Part shown: piece after piece, positions 16,286 to 26,972 of the stretch
How the letters are laid out: each line of letters begins with the position of its first letter
How positions within the stretch are numbered: the first letter of the stretch is position 1
Notes under the pieces: generated by a model
Database searches by the model: none
The model's input: only the letters and a program-made list of their open reading frames with translations
What the model was told of the DNA's origin: nothing
Position numbers and translations under genes: made by a program
Source of the DNA: Erysipelotrichaceae bacterium MTC7
GTDB taxonomy: Bacteria > Bacillota_I > Bacilli_A > Erysipelotrichales > Erysipelotrichaceae
Reading direction: 5' to 3'
Assembly: GCA_001695645.1 (NCBI GenBank)
Contig: LVZN01000020.1
Coordinates: 1 to 30,622, forward strand
Length of the DNA: 30,622 nucleotides

Positions 16286-18716
16286 ATACATTGAAAACAA
16301 TCTCGTCTGGAATAAAGACGGGGAATGTTATGCTTACTATGAGCTTGTTCCTTACAATTACTCATTTCTAAGTCCAGAACAGAAAATACAAGTGCATGAT
16401 TCTTTCAGACAGCTTATCGCACAAAATCGTGATGGCAAAATTCATGCTTTACAAATCAGTACAGAATCCAGCATACGTTCTGCACAAGAGCGTTCCAAAA
16501 ATGAAGTCACTGGCAAGCTCAAAGCGGTTGCCTATGACAAAATCGACCAACAGACAGACGCTTTAATATCCATGATTGGCGAAAATCAAGTGAACTACCG
16601 TTTCTTTATCGGCTTTAAGTTGCTTCTCAACGATCAGGAGTTTTCTATGAAAAGTCTTACCGTTGAAGCAAAAAATGCTTTGTCTGATTTTGTCTATGAT
16701 GTGAACCATAAGCTGATGGGCGATTTTGTTAGTATGAGTAATGATGAAATCCTGCGTTTTCAGAAGATGGAAAAGCTCTTAGAAAATAAAATCTCTCGTC
16801 GTTTCAAAATCCGCAGGTTAGATAAGGACGACTTCGGCTATCTGATTGAACACCTTTACGGACAGACAGGCACTGCCTATGAAGAGTATGAGTACCATCT
16901 ATCAAAGAAAAAGCTGGATAATGAAACGCTGATTAAATACTATGACTTGATTAAGCCTACTCGCTGTTTGGTGGAAGAAAAACAGCGATATTTGAAAATC
17001 CAGCAGGAAGATGAAACCGTCTATGTAGCTTACTTTACCATTAACAGCATTGTCGGAGAACTGGACTTCCCGTCCTCTGAAATCTTCTACTACCAGCAAC
17101 AGCAATTTACATTCCCGATTGATACGTCAATGAATGTGGAAATTGTAGCGAATCGTAAAGCCCTATCTACTGTCCGCAATAAAAAGAAAGAACTGAAAGA
17201 CTTGGATAACCACGCTTGGCAAAGTGATAATGAAACCAGCTCCAATGTGGCGGAAGCTCTGGAAAGTGTGAATGAGCTGGAAACCAATTTAGACCAAAGC
17301 AAGGAATCTATGTACAAGCTGTCTTATGTGGTAAGGGTATCAGCAAATGATCTTGACGAACTCAAACGTCGTTGTAATGAAGTGAAAGATTTTTATGACG
17401 ATTTAAGCGTAAAACTGGTACGACCATTTGGGGATATGCTCGGCTTACATGAAGAATTTTTACCTGCCAGCAAGCGTTATATGAATGATTATATTCAATA
17501 CGTGACCTCTGATTTCCTCGCTGGTTTAGGTTTTGGTGCTACTCAAATGCTGGGGGAAAATGAGGGGATTTATGTTGGCTACAGCTTAGATACTGGACGC
17601 AATGTCTATCTGAAACCTGCTCTTGCCAGTCAAGGGGTTAAGGGTTCAGTAACCAATGCGTTAGCGTCGGCTTTTGTTGGTTCGCTGGGTGGTGGTAAAT
17701 CCTTTGCGAATAACCTTATCGTCTATTATGCGGTGCTTTATGGGGCACAAGCAGTGATTGTAGACCCAAAAGCAGAACGTGGCAGATGGAAAGAAACCTT
17801 GCCAGAGATTTCCCATGAAATCAATATCGTCACTCTGACTTCTGATGAGAAAAACAAAGGCTTACTTGACCCTTATGTGATTATGAAAAATCCCAAAGAT
17901 TCTGAATCACTGGCTATTGATATTCTGACATTCCTTACGGGGATTTCCTCTCGTGATGGGGAACGCTTCCCAATCCTTAGAAAAGCCATTCGTGCAGTAA
18001 CCAATAGTGAAGTACGAGGGTTGATGAAAGTGATTGAGGAATTACGGGTTGAGAATACGCCACTAAGTACCAGTATAGCCGACCATATCGAAAGTTTTAC
18101 AGACTATGACTTTGCACATTTATTATTCAGTAATGGTTATGTGGAGCAGTCTATCAGCTTAGAAAAACAACTGAACATTATACAGGTTGCGGACTTGGTA
18201 CTTCCCGACAAGGAAACTTCCTTTGAGGAATATACCACTATGGAGCTTTTATCCGTTGCTATGCTGATTGTCATTAGTACCTTTGCTTTAGACTTTATCC
18301 ATACAGACCGAAGCATTTTCAAGATTGTAGATTTAGACGAAGCATGGAGCTTTTTACAGGTAGCACAAGGAAAAACACTATCTATGAAGCTGGTTCGGGC
18401 TGGTCGTGCTATGAACGCTGGGGTATATTTCGTGACCCAAAATACAGACGACCTCTTAGATGAAAAACTGAAAAATAACCTCGGCTTAAAATTTGCATTT
18501 CGTTCCACTGACCTTAACGAGATTAAAAAGACCTTAGCCTTTTTTGGTGTAGACCCAGAGGACGAAAACAATCAGAAGCGATTGCGTGATTTGGAAAACG
18601 GGCAATGCCTTATCAGTGATTTATATGGTCGTGTCGGTGTGATACAGTTCCACCCTGTATTTGAAGAACTGCTCCATGCCTTTGATACCAGACCACCTGT
18701 GCGAAAAGAGGTGTAA
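16269..18716 (+). CDS. Tn916 Orf16, VirB4-like conjugative ATPase
   Basis: ATG 16269 follows an aggag SD and gives 815 aa. Walker A GSLGGGKS, Walker B KIVDLDEAW. Confidence 0.95.
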   Translation: MAYPIKYIENNLVWNKDGECYAYYELVPYNYSFLSPEQKIQVHDSFRQLIAQNRDGKIHALQISTESSIRSAQERSKNEVTGKLKAVAYDKIDQQTDALISMIGENQVNYRFFIGFKLLLNDQEFSMKSLTVEAKNALSDFVYDVNHKLMGDFVSMSNDEILRFQKMEKLLENKISRRFKIRRLDKDDFGYLIEHLYGQTGTAYEEYEYHLSKKKLDNETLIKYYDLIKPTRCLVEEKQRYLKIQQEDETVYVAYFTINSIVGELDFPSSEIFYYQQQQFTFPIDTSMNVEIVANRKALSTVRNKKKELKDLDNHAWQSDNETSSNVAEALESVNELETNLDQSKESMYKLSYVVRVSANDLDELKRRCNEVKDFYDDLSVKLVRPFGDMLGLHEEFLPASKRYMNDYIQYVTSDFLAGLGFGATQMLGENEGIYVGYSLDTGRNVYLKPALASQGVKGSVTNALASAFVGSLGGGKSFANNLIVYYAVLYGAQAVIVDPKAERGRWKETLPEISHEINIVTLTSDEKNKGLLDPYVIMKNPKDSESLAIDILTFLTGISSRDGERFPILRKAIRAVTNSEVRGLMKVIEELRVENTPLSTSIADHIESFTDYDFAHLLFSNGYVEQSISLEKQLNIIQVADLVLPDKETSFEEYTTMELLSVAMLIVISTFALDFIHTDRSIFKIVDLDEAWSFLQVAQGKTLSMKLVRAGRAMNAGVYFVTQNTDDLLDEKLKNNLGLKFAFRSTDLNEIKKTLAFFGVDPEDENNQKRLRDLENGQCLISDLYGRVGVIQFHPVFEELLHAFDTRPPVRKEV

Positions 18717-18718
18717 AT

Positions 18719-20896
18719 GTGAAACCATCAATAGTAAACAGAATAAAATCAAACTGGACGCTGAAACGTCTAGGTAAAGTGGCAATGACAGTGGCTTTCA
18801 CACTTGTGATTGCCATTTTTCTTTTAGCCATGCTGGGAACGGTGGTTCAAGCTGCGGGCTTGGTAGATGATACGGTCAATGTGGCAAATGAATACAGCCG
18901 ATACCCACTTGAAAACTATCAACTGGATTTTTATGTGGATAATAGCTGGGGCTGGCTTCCGTGGAACTGGTCGGACGGGATTGGAAAACAGGTCATGTAT
19001 GGACTATATGCCATTACCAATTTTATTTGGACAATCAGTTTGTATGTTTCCAATGCGACAGGTTACTTAGTACAGGAAGCCTATTCCTTAGACTTCATTT
19101 CCGCTACAGCAGATTCCATTGGTAAGAATATGCAGACCTTAGCTGGTGTGAGTGCAAACGGATTTTCAACAGAGGGTTTCTATGTTGGATTCCTCTTACT
19201 CTTGATTTTGGTTCTTGGGGTTTATGTTGCCTATACGGGACTGATAAAGAGAGAAACCACAAAGGCAATTCATGCCATTATGAATTTTGTGCTGGTGTTT
19301 ATCCTATCGGCTTCCTTTATTGCCTACGCTCCCGACTACATTAAAAAAATCAATGACTTTTCATCAGACATCAGTAATGCCAGTTTATCACTTGGCACGA
19401 AGATTGTCATGCCCCATTCCGATAGTCAAGGCAAGGACAGCGTGGACTTAATCAGAGATAGCCTGTTTTCCATACAGGTTCAGCAACCGTGGCTACTGCT
19501 TCAATACAACAGTTCAGACATTGAAAGTATCGGTATTGACCGTGTGGAAAGCCTGCTCTCCACCAGCCCAGATTCCAACAATGGCGAAGACAGAGAAAAA
19601 ATTGTTGCGGAAGAAATTGAAGACAGAAGCAATACCAATCTAACCATTACAAAGACCATTAACCGTTTAGGTACAGTCTTCTTCCTATTTGTCTTCAATA
19701 TTGGGATTTCCATATTTGTATTCCTATTAACAGGAATCATGATTTTCTCGCAGGTACTTTTTATCATCTATGCTATGTTTCTGCCTGTGAGCTTTATTTT
19801 AAGCATGATTCCATCATTTGATGGTATGTCAAAACGAGCCATAACAAAGCTCTTTAATACCATTTTGACACGAGCTGGAATCACATTGATTATTACGACA
19901 GCATTTAGTATTTCAACCATGCTCTATACCTTATCGGCTGGTTATCCGTTCTTTTTGATTGCTTTTCTACAGATTGTGACCTTTGCAGGAATCTACTTCA
20001 AGCTGGGCGATTTAATGAGTATGTTTTCTCTACAGAGTAACGATTCTCAAAGTGTGGGAAGTCGTGTGATGAGAAAACCTCGTATGCTTATGCACGCTCA
20101 CATGCACCGTCTACAGCGGAAACTTGGACGTTCCATGACTACTCTAGGGGCTGGGTCTGCCATTGTTACAGGTAAAAAAGGACAGTCGGGTTCGGGGAGT
20201 TCTGCAAGGACACAAGCAGATCACTCCCGACCAGACGGAAAGGAAAAATCAACACTTGGAAAACGTATCGGTCAAACCATCGGTACAGTAGCTGATACCA
20301 AAGACAGAATGGTAGACACTGCTAGTGGTTTGAAAGAACAGGTTAAAGATTTGCCGACCAATGCAAGATATGCAGTATATCAAGGAAAATCCAAAGTAAA
20401 AGAGAATGTCCGTGATTTAACCAGTAGTATTTCTCAAACCAAAGCGGACAGAGCCAGTGGACGCAAGGAACAGCAGGAACAAAGGCGAAAAACCATTGCG
20501 AAGCGTCGCTCTGAAATGGAACAGGTCAAACAGAAAAAACAGCCTGCTTCTTCTGTTCATGAAAGACCGACTACAAGACAAGAACAATATCATGATGAAC
20601 AGACCTCAAAACAGTCTAATATTCAGACTTCATATAAGGAATCTCAACAAGCCAAACAAGAGCGTCCAGCAGTTAAGTCCGATTTTTCAAGTCCAAAAGT
20701 GGAACGCCAAGGCAATACCGTTCAAGAAAAAACCGTTCAAAAGCCAGCAACTTCAACCACTACAGCAGATAGAACTTCACAACGTCCAATCACAAAAGAA
20801 CGTCCGTCTACTGTTCAAAGAGTACCACTACAAAATACAAGAAGTAGACCACCAATCAAAACCGCCACCATTAAGAAAGTCGGTAAGAAACCATGA
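18719..20896 (+). CDS. Tn916 Orf15, polytopic T4SS channel protein (VirB6/TcpH-like) with long disordered C-terminal tail
   Basis: GTG start after an aagaggtg SD. It has multiple TM helices up to about residue 450, then about 265 residues of K/Q/S/T/R/P-rich low-complexity sequence. Confidence 0.9.
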   Translation: MKPSIVNRIKSNWTLKRLGKVAMTVAFTLVIAIFLLAMLGTVVQAAGLVDDTVNVANEYSRYPLENYQLDFYVDNSWGWLPWNWSDGIGKQVMYGLYAITNFIWTISLYVSNATGYLVQEAYSLDFISATADSIGKNMQTLAGVSANGFSTEGFYVGFLLLLILVLGVYVAYTGLIKRETTKAIHAIMNFVLVFILSASFIAYAPDYIKKINDFSSDISNASLSLGTKIVMPHSDSQGKDSVDLIRDSLFSIQVQQPWLLLQYNSSDIESIGIDRVESLLSTSPDSNNGEDREKIVAEEIEDRSNTNLTITKTINRLGTVFFLFVFNIGISIFVFLLTGIMIFSQVLFIIYAMFLPVSFILSMIPSFDGMSKRAITKLFNTILTRAGITLIITTAFSISTMLYTLSAGYPFFLIAFLQIVTFAGIYFKLGDLMSMFSLQSNDSQSVGSRVMRKPRMLMHAHMHRLQRKLGRSMTTLGAGSAIVTGKKGQSGSGSSARTQADHSRPDGKEKSTLGKRIGQTIGTVADTKDRMVDTASGLKEQVKDLPTNARYAVYQGKSKVKENVRDLTSSISQTKADRASGRKEQQEQRRKTIAKRRSEMEQVKQKKQPASSVHERPTTRQEQYHDEQTSKQSNIQTSYKESQQAKQERPAVKSDFSSPKVERQGNTVQEKTVQKPATSTTTADRTSQRPITKERPSTVQRVPLQNTRSRPPIKTATIKKVGKKP

Positions 20897-21894
20897 AGTT
20901 GAAAACTTTAGTGATTGGTGGTTCTGGATTATTCTTGATGGTCTTCTCACTGCTTCTGTTTGTTGCCATTTTATTTTCAGATGAACAGGACAGCGGAATT
21001 TCCAATATTCATTATGGAGGTGTGAATGTTTCCGCAGAAGTGCTGGCTCATAAGCCTATGGTAGAAAAATATGCCAAAGAATATGGCGTTGAAGAATATG
21101 TCAACATACTTCTTGCGATTATACAGGTGGAATCGGGCGGTACTGCGGAAGATGTTATGCAGTCCTCGGAATCCCTCGGTCTTCCACCTAATTCATTGAG
21201 TACAGAAGAATCCATTAAGCAAGGTGTGAAGTATTTCAGTGAATTATTAGCCAGTAGCGAAAGGCTCAGTGTAGATTTAGAATCGGTTATCCAGTCCTAC
21301 AATTATGGTGGTGGTTTCTTAGGGTATGTGGCTAATCGTGGAAATAAATATACCTTTGAACTGGCTCAAAGTTTCTCAAAAGAGTATTCAGGTGGCGAAA
21401 AAGTGTCTTACCCCAATCCCATAGCCATACCTATCAATGGGGGCTGGCGATACAACTATGGCAATATGTTTTATGTGCAACTGGTAACGCAGTATCTTGT
21501 CACAACAGAGTTTGATGATGATACGGTACAAGCCATCATGGACGAAGCACTGAAATATGAGGGCTGGCGATACGTTTACGGTGGAGCTTCCCCGACTACT
21601 TCTTTTGATTGTAGCGGACTGACACAATGGACGTATGGAAAAGCTGGAATTAACTTACCACGAACCGCACAACAGCAATATGATGTGACCCAGCATATCC
21701 CACTATCGGAAGCACAAGCTGGCGATTTGGTTTTCTTTCATTCTACCTATAACGCTGGCTCTTATATTACTCATGTTGGGATATACCTTGGCAATAACCG
21801 TATGTTTCATGCAGGCGACCCAATCGGTTATGCCGACTTAACAAGCCCCTACTGGCAACAGCATTTAGTGGGAGCAGGACGAATCAAACAATGA
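20893..21894 (+). CDS. Tn916 Orf14, bifunctional cell-wall hydrolase (lysozyme-like plus NlpC/P60)
   Basis: N-terminal anchor, IQVESGG (transglycosylase catalytic Glu block), C-terminal FDCSGLTQWTY (catalytic Cys) and THVGIYLG (His). 333 aa. Confidence 0.95.
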   Translation: MKLKTLVIGGSGLFLMVFSLLLFVAILFSDEQDSGISNIHYGGVNVSAEVLAHKPMVEKYAKEYGVEEYVNILLAIIQVESGGTAEDVMQSSESLGLPPNSLSTEESIKQGVKYFSELLASSERLSVDLESVIQSYNYGGGFLGYVANRGNKYTFELAQSFSKEYSGGEKVSYPNPIAIPINGGWRYNYGNMFYVQLVTQYLVTTEFDDDTVQAIMDEALKYEGWRYVYGGASPTTSFDCSGLTQWTYGKAGINLPRTAQQQYDVTQHIPLSEAQAGDLVFFHSTYNAGSYITHVGIYLGNNRMFHAGDPIGYADLTSPYWQQHLVGAGRIKQ

Positions 21895-22823
21895 GAAAGG
21901 AAGATTTAATGATGAAATTTAGAAAAAATCAGAATAAAGAAAAACAGATACCAAAGGAAAAGAAACCTCGTGTCTATAAGGTCAATCCTCATAAAAAGGT
22001 TGTGATTGCCTTGTGGGTACTTTTAGGGCTTAGTTTCAGCTTTGCGATATTCAAGCACTTTACAGCTATAGATACTCATACTATTCACGAAACAACTATC
22101 ATAGAAAAGGAATACGTTGATACTCATCATGTAGAAAATTTTGTAGAGAACTTTGCGAAAGTCTACTATTCATGGGAGCAATCCGATAAGTCCATTGATA
22201 ATCGAATGGAAAGTCTAAAAGGCTATCTGACAGATGAACTTCAAGCTCTCAATGTTGATACAGTACGCAAAGATATTCCTGTATCGTCTTCTGTAAGAGG
22301 ATTTCAGATATGGACGGTAGAGCCAACTGGCGACAATGAGTTTAATGTAACCTACAGTGTAGACCAGCTCATTACAGAGGGAGAAAATACAAAGACCGTC
22401 CACTCTGCTTATATAGTGAGTGTCTATGTAGATGGTTCTGGAAATATGGTACTGGTTAAGAATCCGACCATTACCAACATACCTAAGAAATCAAGTTATA
22501 AACCAAAAGCCATTGAAAGTGAGGGGACGGTTGATTCCATTACAACCAATGAAATCAATGAGTTTTTAACGACGTTCTTCAAGCTCTATCCTACAGCGAC
22601 AGCCAGTGAACTTTCCTACTATGTGAATGACGGGATATTAAAACCAATCGGAAAAGAGTACATCTTTCAAGAACTGGTAAATCCTATTCACAATCGTAAG
22701 GATAATCAAGTCACGGTATCGCTGACAGTGGAGTATATCGACCAGCAGACCAAAGCAACGCAGGTATCTCAATTTGATTTGGTACTTGAAAAGAACGGGA
22801 GTAATTGGAAGATTGTAAAATAA
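21891..22823 (+). CDS. Tn916 Orf13, anchored conjugation protein (TcpC/VirB8-like)
   Basis: 310 aa with a single TM (VVIALWVLLGLSFSFAIF) and a start overlapping the orf14 stop. Confidence 0.85.
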   Translation: MRKEDLMMKFRKNQNKEKQIPKEKKPRVYKVNPHKKVVIALWVLLGLSFSFAIFKHFTAIDTHTIHETTIIEKEYVDTHHVENFVENFAKVYYSWEQSDKSIDNRMESLKGYLTDELQALNVDTVRKDIPVSSSVRGFQIWTVEPTGDNEFNVTYSVDQLITEGENTKTVHSAYIVSVYVDGSGNMVLVKNPTITNIPKKSSYKPKAIESEGTVDSITTNEINEFLTTFFKLYPTATASELSYYVNDGILKPIGKEYIFQELVNPIHNRKDNQVTVSLTVEYIDQQTKATQVSQFDLVLEKNGSNWKIVK

Positions 22824-23097
22824 CAAATATTGGTACATGATTACAGATACTTTGTAATCATGTACTCTTTTTGATAAAAAATTGGAGATTCCTTTACAAA
22901 TATGCTCTTACGTGCTATTATTTAAGTGACTATTTAAAAGGAGTTAATAAATATGCGGCAAGGTATTCTTAAATAAACTGTCAATTTGATAGCGGGAACA
23001 AATAATTAGATGTCCTTTTTTAGGAGGGCTTAGTTTTTTGTACCCAGTTTAAGAATACCTTTATCATGTGATTCTAAAGTATCCAGAGAATATCTGT

Positions 23098-23184
23098 ATG
23101 CTTTGTATACCTATGGTTATGCATAAAAATCCCAGTGATAAAAGTATTTATCACTGGGATTTTTATGCCCTTTTGGGTTTTTGA
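23098..23184 (+). CDS. orf12, 28-aa tet(M) leader peptide
   Basis: ATG 23098 translates to MLCIPMVMHKNPSDKSIYHWDFYALLGF-stop. It ends directly before the tet(M) SD and contains the attenuator hairpin. Confidence 0.85.
   Translation: MLCIPMVMHKNPSDKSIYHWDFYALLGF
23125..23164 (+). terminator. tet(M) transcriptional attenuator hairpin
   Basis: Perfect 18-bp stem aaaaatcccagtgataaa / tttatcactgggattttt with a 4-nt loop, running into a T-rich tract inside orf12. Confidence 0.9.
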
Positions 23185-23199
23185 ATGGAGGAAAAACAC

Positions 23200-25119
23200 A
23201 TGAAAATTATTAATATTGGAGTTTTAGCTCATGTTGATGCAGGAAAAACTACCTTAACAGAAAGCTTATTATATAACAGTGGAGCGATTACAGAATTAGG
23301 AAGCGTGGACAAAGGTACAACGAGGACGGATAATACGCTTTTAGAACGTCAGAGAGGAATTACAATTCAGACAGGAATAACCTCTTTTCAGTGGGAAAAT
23401 ACGAAGGTGAACATCATAGACACGCCAGGACATATGGATTTCTTAGCAGAAGTATATCGTTCATTATCAGTTTTAGATGGGGCAATTCTACTGATTTCTG
23501 CAAAAGATGGCGTACAAGCACAAACTCGTATATTATTTCATGCACTTAGGAAAATGGGGATTCCCACAATCTTTTTTATCAATAAGATTGACCAAAATGG
23601 AATTGATTTATCAACGGTTTATCAGGATATTAAAGAGAAACTTTCTGCCGAAATTGTAATCAAACAGAAGGTAGAACTGTATCCTAATATGTGTGTGACG
23701 AACTTTACCGAATCTGAACAATGGGATACGGTAATAGAGGGAAACGATGACCTTTTAGAGAAATATATGTCCGGTAAATCATTAGAAGCATTGGAACTCG
23801 AACAAGAGGAAAGCATAAGATTTCATAATTGTTCCCTGTTCCCTGTTTATCACGGAAGTGCAAAAAACAATATAGGGATTGATAACCTTATAGAAGTGAT
23901 TACGAATAAATTTTATTCATCAACACATCGAGGTCCGTCTGAACTTTGCGGAAATGTTTTCAAAATTGAATATACAAAAAAAAGACAACGTCTTGCATAT
24001 ATACGCCTTTATAGTGGAGTACTACATTTACGAGATTCGGTTAGAGTATCAGAAAAAGAAAAAATAAAAGTTACAGAAATGTATACTTCAATAAATGGTG
24101 AATTATGTAAGATTGATAGAGCTTATTCTGGAGAAATTGTTATTTTGCAAAATGAGTTTTTGAAGTTAAATAGTGTTCTTGGAGATACAAAACTATTGCC
24201 ACAGAGAAAAAAGATTGAAAATCCGCACCCTCTACTACAAACAACTGTTGAACCGAGTAAACCTGAACAGAGAGAAATGTTGCTTGATGCCCTTTTGGAA
24301 ATCTCAGATAGTGATCCGCTTCTACGATATTACGTGGATTCTACGACACATGAAATTATACTTTCTTTCTTAGGGAAAGTACAAATGGAAGTGATTAGTG
24401 CACTGTTGCAAGAAAAGTATCATGTGGAGATAGAACTAAAAGAGCCTACAGTCATTTATATGGAGAGACCGTTAAAAAATGCAGAATATACCATTCACAT
24501 CGAAGTGCCGCCAAATCCTTTCTGGGCTTCCATTGGTTTATCTGTATCACCGCTTCCGTTGGGAAGTGGAATGCAGTATGAGAGCTCGGTTTCTCTTGGA
24601 TACTTAAATCAATCATTTCAAAATGCAGTTATGGAAGGGATACGCTATGGTTGCGAACAAGGATTATATGGTTGGAATGTGACGGATTGTAAAATCTGTT
24701 TTAAGTATGGCTTATACTATAGCCCTGTTAGTACCCCAGCAGATTTTCGGATGCTTGCTCCTATTGTATTGGAACAAGTCTTAAAAAAAGCTGGAACAGA
24801 ATTGTTAGAGCCATATCTTAGTTTTAAAATTTATGCGCCACAGGAATATCTTTCACGAGCATACAACGATGCTCCTAAATATTGTGCGAACATCGTAGAC
24901 ACTCAATTGAAAAATAATGAGGTCATTCTTAGTGGAGAAATCCCTGCTCGGTGTATTCAAGAATATCGTAGTGATTTAACTTTCTTTACAAATGGACGTA
25001 GTGTTTGTTTAACAGAGTTAAAAGGGTACCATGTTACTACCGGTGAACCTGTTTGCCAGCCCCGTCGTCCAAATAGTCGGATAGATAAAGTACGATATAT
25101 GTTCAATAAAATAACTTAG
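23200..25119 (+). CDS. tet(M): Tet(M) ribosomal protection protein (tetracycline resistance)
   Basis: [18 protein letters not shown] (G1), DTPGH (G3), NKID (G4), and an EF-G-like body ending ...[13 protein letters not shown]. 639 aa from ATG 23200, which follows a ggagg SD. Confidence 0.98.
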   Translation: MKIINIGVLAHVDAGKTTLTESLLYNSGAITELGSVDKGTTRTDNTLLERQRGITIQTGITSFQWENTKVNIIDTPGHMDFLAEVYRSLSVLDGAILLISAKDGVQAQTRILFHALRKMGIPTIFFINKIDQNGIDLSTVYQDIKEKLSAEIVIKQKVELYPNMCVTNFTESEQWDTVIEGNDDLLEKYMSGKSLEALELEQEESIRFHNCSLFPVYHGSAKNNIGIDNLIEVITNKFYSSTHRGPSELCGNVFKIEYTKKRQRLAYIRLYSGVLHLRDSVRVSEKEKIKVTEMYTSINGELCKIDRAYSGEIVILQNEFLKLNSVLGDTKLLPQRKKIENPHPLLQTTVEPSKPEQREMLLDALLEISDSDPLLRYYVDSTTHEIILSFLGKVQMEVISALLQEKYHVEIELKEPTVIYMERPLKNAEYTIHIEVPPNPFWASIGLSVSPLPLGSGMQYESSVSLGYLNQSFQNAVMEGIRYGCEQGLYGWNVTDCKICFKYGLYYSPVSTPADFRMLAPIVLEQVLKKAGTELLEPYLSFKIYAPQEYLSRAYNDAPKYCANIVDTQLKNNEVILSGEIPARCIQEYRSDLTFFTNGRSVCLTELKGYHVTTGEPVCQPRRPNSRIDKVRYMFNKIT

Positions 25120-25216
25120 TGTATTTTATGTTGTTATATAAATATGGTTTCTTGTTAAATAAGATGAAATATTTTTTAATAAAGATTTGAATTAAAGTGT
25201 AAAGGAGGAGATAGTT

Positions 25217-25405
25217 ATTATAAACTACAAGTGGATATTGTGTCCTGTATGTGGAAATAAAACACGATTAAAGATAAGGGAAGATACTGAATTAAAAAAA
25301 TTCCCCCTCTATTGTCCGAAATGCAGACAAGAAAATTTAATTGAAATAAAGCAGTTCAAAGTAACTGTGATTACAGAGCCAGACGCAAAGACGCAGAGCC
25401 GATAA
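25217..25405 (+). CDS. Tn916 Orf6, small Cys-rich (CxxC...CxxC) KTR-type zinc-ribbon protein
   Basis: The frame reads (I)INYKWILCPVCGNKTRLKIREDTELKKFPLYCPKCRQENLIEIKQFKVTVITEPDAKTQSR-stop. aaaggagg SD is at 25201-25208. There is no ATG, so the likely start is non-canonical (ATT 25217 or ATA 25220) or TTG 25238. Confidence 0.6.
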   Translation: MINYKWILCPVCGNKTRLKIREDTELKKFPLYCPKCRQENLIEIKQFKVTVITEPDAKTQSR

Positions 25406-25439
25406 AATGAGATTAATACAATCTCATTTTATCGGCTCT
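25395..25439. terminator. Perfect 19-bp hairpin between convergent orf6 and orf9
   Basis: agagccgataaaatgagat - taataca - atctcattttatcggctct. Confidence 0.8.
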
Positions 25440-25464
25440 TTCCGTTATGTATGGATTCTTTTAA

Positions 25465-25818
25465 TTAGTCTTCGATGTTTCTTGCTTCGTTGATACCGCT
25501 GGCTAAAGATTCCATTAAGGATAGTTCTTTGTCTGTAAAGCTATCCATGTATTTCTCTATCTGTAATCGTCGGGTGCTTTTTACCAAGTTATTAGCAGGT
25601 AAGAAAAATTCATCAACGGAAACATGAAGTAACGATACAAGGTCATAAAGAACTTGTATGCTGGGGTGTTGCCCTTTATTTTCAATATTAGTTAAGTACC
25701 GTGGGTCAATTTCAATCAATGCTCCCACTTGTTCACGAGTTAAACCTCGTTTCAATCGAGCTTCTTTAATGGCTAAACCAAAGGCTCTAAAATCATATTT
25801 ATCTTCTTTTTTACGCAT
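25465..25818 (-). CDS. Tn916 Orf9, XRE-family HTH repressor
   Basis: 117 aa with [35 protein letters not shown], on the opposite strand to tet(M). Confidence 0.9.
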   Translation of the reverse strand: MRKKEDKYDFRAFGLAIKEARLKRGLTREQVGALIEIDPRYLTNIENKGQHPSIQVLYDLVSLLHVSVDEFFLPANNLVKSTRRLQIEKYMDSFTDKELSLMESLASGINEARNIED

Positions 25819-26313
25819 AGTAGACCACCTCTATACATTTTATTGTTCCTACTGAATTAAAAACAGGTATAGAAAAACGTGTTATATGGTTTATAGGTTT
25901 ATATTTAATAAAAAGCACTACTAAACGCCAATAAAAAAAACCGTTATATGGTAGTGCTATTTACGCTGTTAAAATATTGTATATTACTTCCAAATGGCGG
26001 TTTGTTGGAGGTCAACGTCGCCATGAAGTACATCATATACAATAAATTTCCTTACATTGGGTTCTTGTCAAAAAAAGTCGTCTATCTGCAATAGATAAGT
26101 ACGTCCACCAATGTGGTTTTATAAATCATATAGATAGAATAACAGAAGCATGTAAACAGAGAAATAAATCTGTTTATATGCTTTTTTGGCTATTCAGAAC
26201 TTTTTTACAAAGTTTATTTATCAGTAATGCAACAAATCCCCCTTTCACATTGGGACTAAGAGTGAAAGGAGATAAACGAGCAAGGCTCACTTCCTTTCCT
26301 AGACAGAAAGGGG

Positions 26314-26745
26314 GTGAGAAACATGAAACCATCTTCTTTTCAGACCACAATAGAAAATCAGTTTGACTATATCTGTAAACGTGCTATGGAAGACGAGCGA
26401 AAGAATTATATGCTTTATCTTTCAAGGATTGCAAAGCGTGAGGTGTCCTTTTCGGATGTTGGCGATTATCTTGTTAGCCAGTTTGCGACAACAGATAACT
26501 ATTCAACTGACTTTCAGATTTTTACACTCAATGGGTTATCAGTAGGCGTTGAAAATGATTTGTTGAGTGAAGCATTACGTGAGTTGCCAGACAAGAAACG
26601 TGAAATTCTACTGCTGTTTTACTTTATGGACATGAGCGATTCAGAAATTGCAGACCTGTTGAAATTGAACCGTTCTACTGTCTATCGGCATAGAACCAGT
26701 GGACTAGCCTTAATTAAAAAGTTTATGGAGGAATTTGAAGAATGA
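26314..26745 (+). CDS. Tn916 Orf7, sigma-70 region-4-like transcriptional activator
   Basis: 143 aa with LPDKKREILLLFYFMDMSDSEIADLLKLNRSTVYRHRTSGLALIKK (sigma70_r4 HTH) and a ggggtgag SD. Confidence 0.9.
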   Translation: MRNMKPSSFQTTIENQFDYICKRAMEDERKNYMLYLSRIAKREVSFSDVGDYLVSQFATTDNYSTDFQIFTLNGLSVGVENDLLSEALRELPDKKREILLLFYFMDMSDSEIADLLKLNRSTVYRHRTSGLALIKKFMEEFEE

Positions 26746-26972
26746 AAACACAATATCCTATGATTCCCTTTCCTCTCATTGTAAAGGCAACAGATGGCGA
26801 TACCGAAGCGATTAACCAGATTCTACATCATTACAGAGGGTACATAACGAAGCGTTCCCTACGACTTATGAAAGATGAATATGGCAATCAAAGTATGGTC
26901 GTTGATGAAGTCTTACGTGGAAGAATGGAAACCAGACTGATTACAAAGATTTTGTCATTTGAAATTAAGTAA
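26742..26972 (+). CDS. Tn916 Orf8, small helix-turn-helix regulator
   Basis: 76 aa with a start overlapping the orf7 stop (ATGA). Confidence 0.85.
   Translation: MKTQYPMIPFPLIVKATDGDTEAINQILHHYRGYITKRSLRLMKDEYGNQSMVVDEVLRGRMETRLITKILSFEIK

Noticed and set aside
18137-18571. Antisense or alternative-frame ORFs inside confident genes (for example 18137-18571 minus, 5331-5642 minus, 1245-1505 minus, 3322-3585 minus, 12338-12628 minus, 9612-9872 minus)
   Set aside because: Each lies wholly within a well-supported CDS. None has an SD or a recognisable motif, and the translations are low-complexity or Cys/Ser/Phe-rich, as is typical of antisense frames in AT-rich DNA.
20457-20984. 175-codon alternative-frame ORF over the orf15 tail and orf14 start
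   Set aside because: It is kept open by the biased composition of the Orf15 low-complexity tail. It has no SD, and it conflicts with two canonical Tn916 genes.
23185-23199. Upstream ATG (MEEKH-) for tet(M)
   Set aside because: These codons contain the SD (ggagg) for ATG 23200. Tet(M) proteins start MKIINIGV, and the ATG at 23185 directly abuts the orf12 stop.
26178-26366. 62-codon ORF upstream of and overlapping orf7 (possible orf10-like)
   Set aside because: This region of Tn916 is a structured regulatory leader (hairpins cctttcac/gtgaaagg and ctcac..gtgag are seen). The ORF has no SD and overlaps the orf7 start, so I cannot support it as coding.
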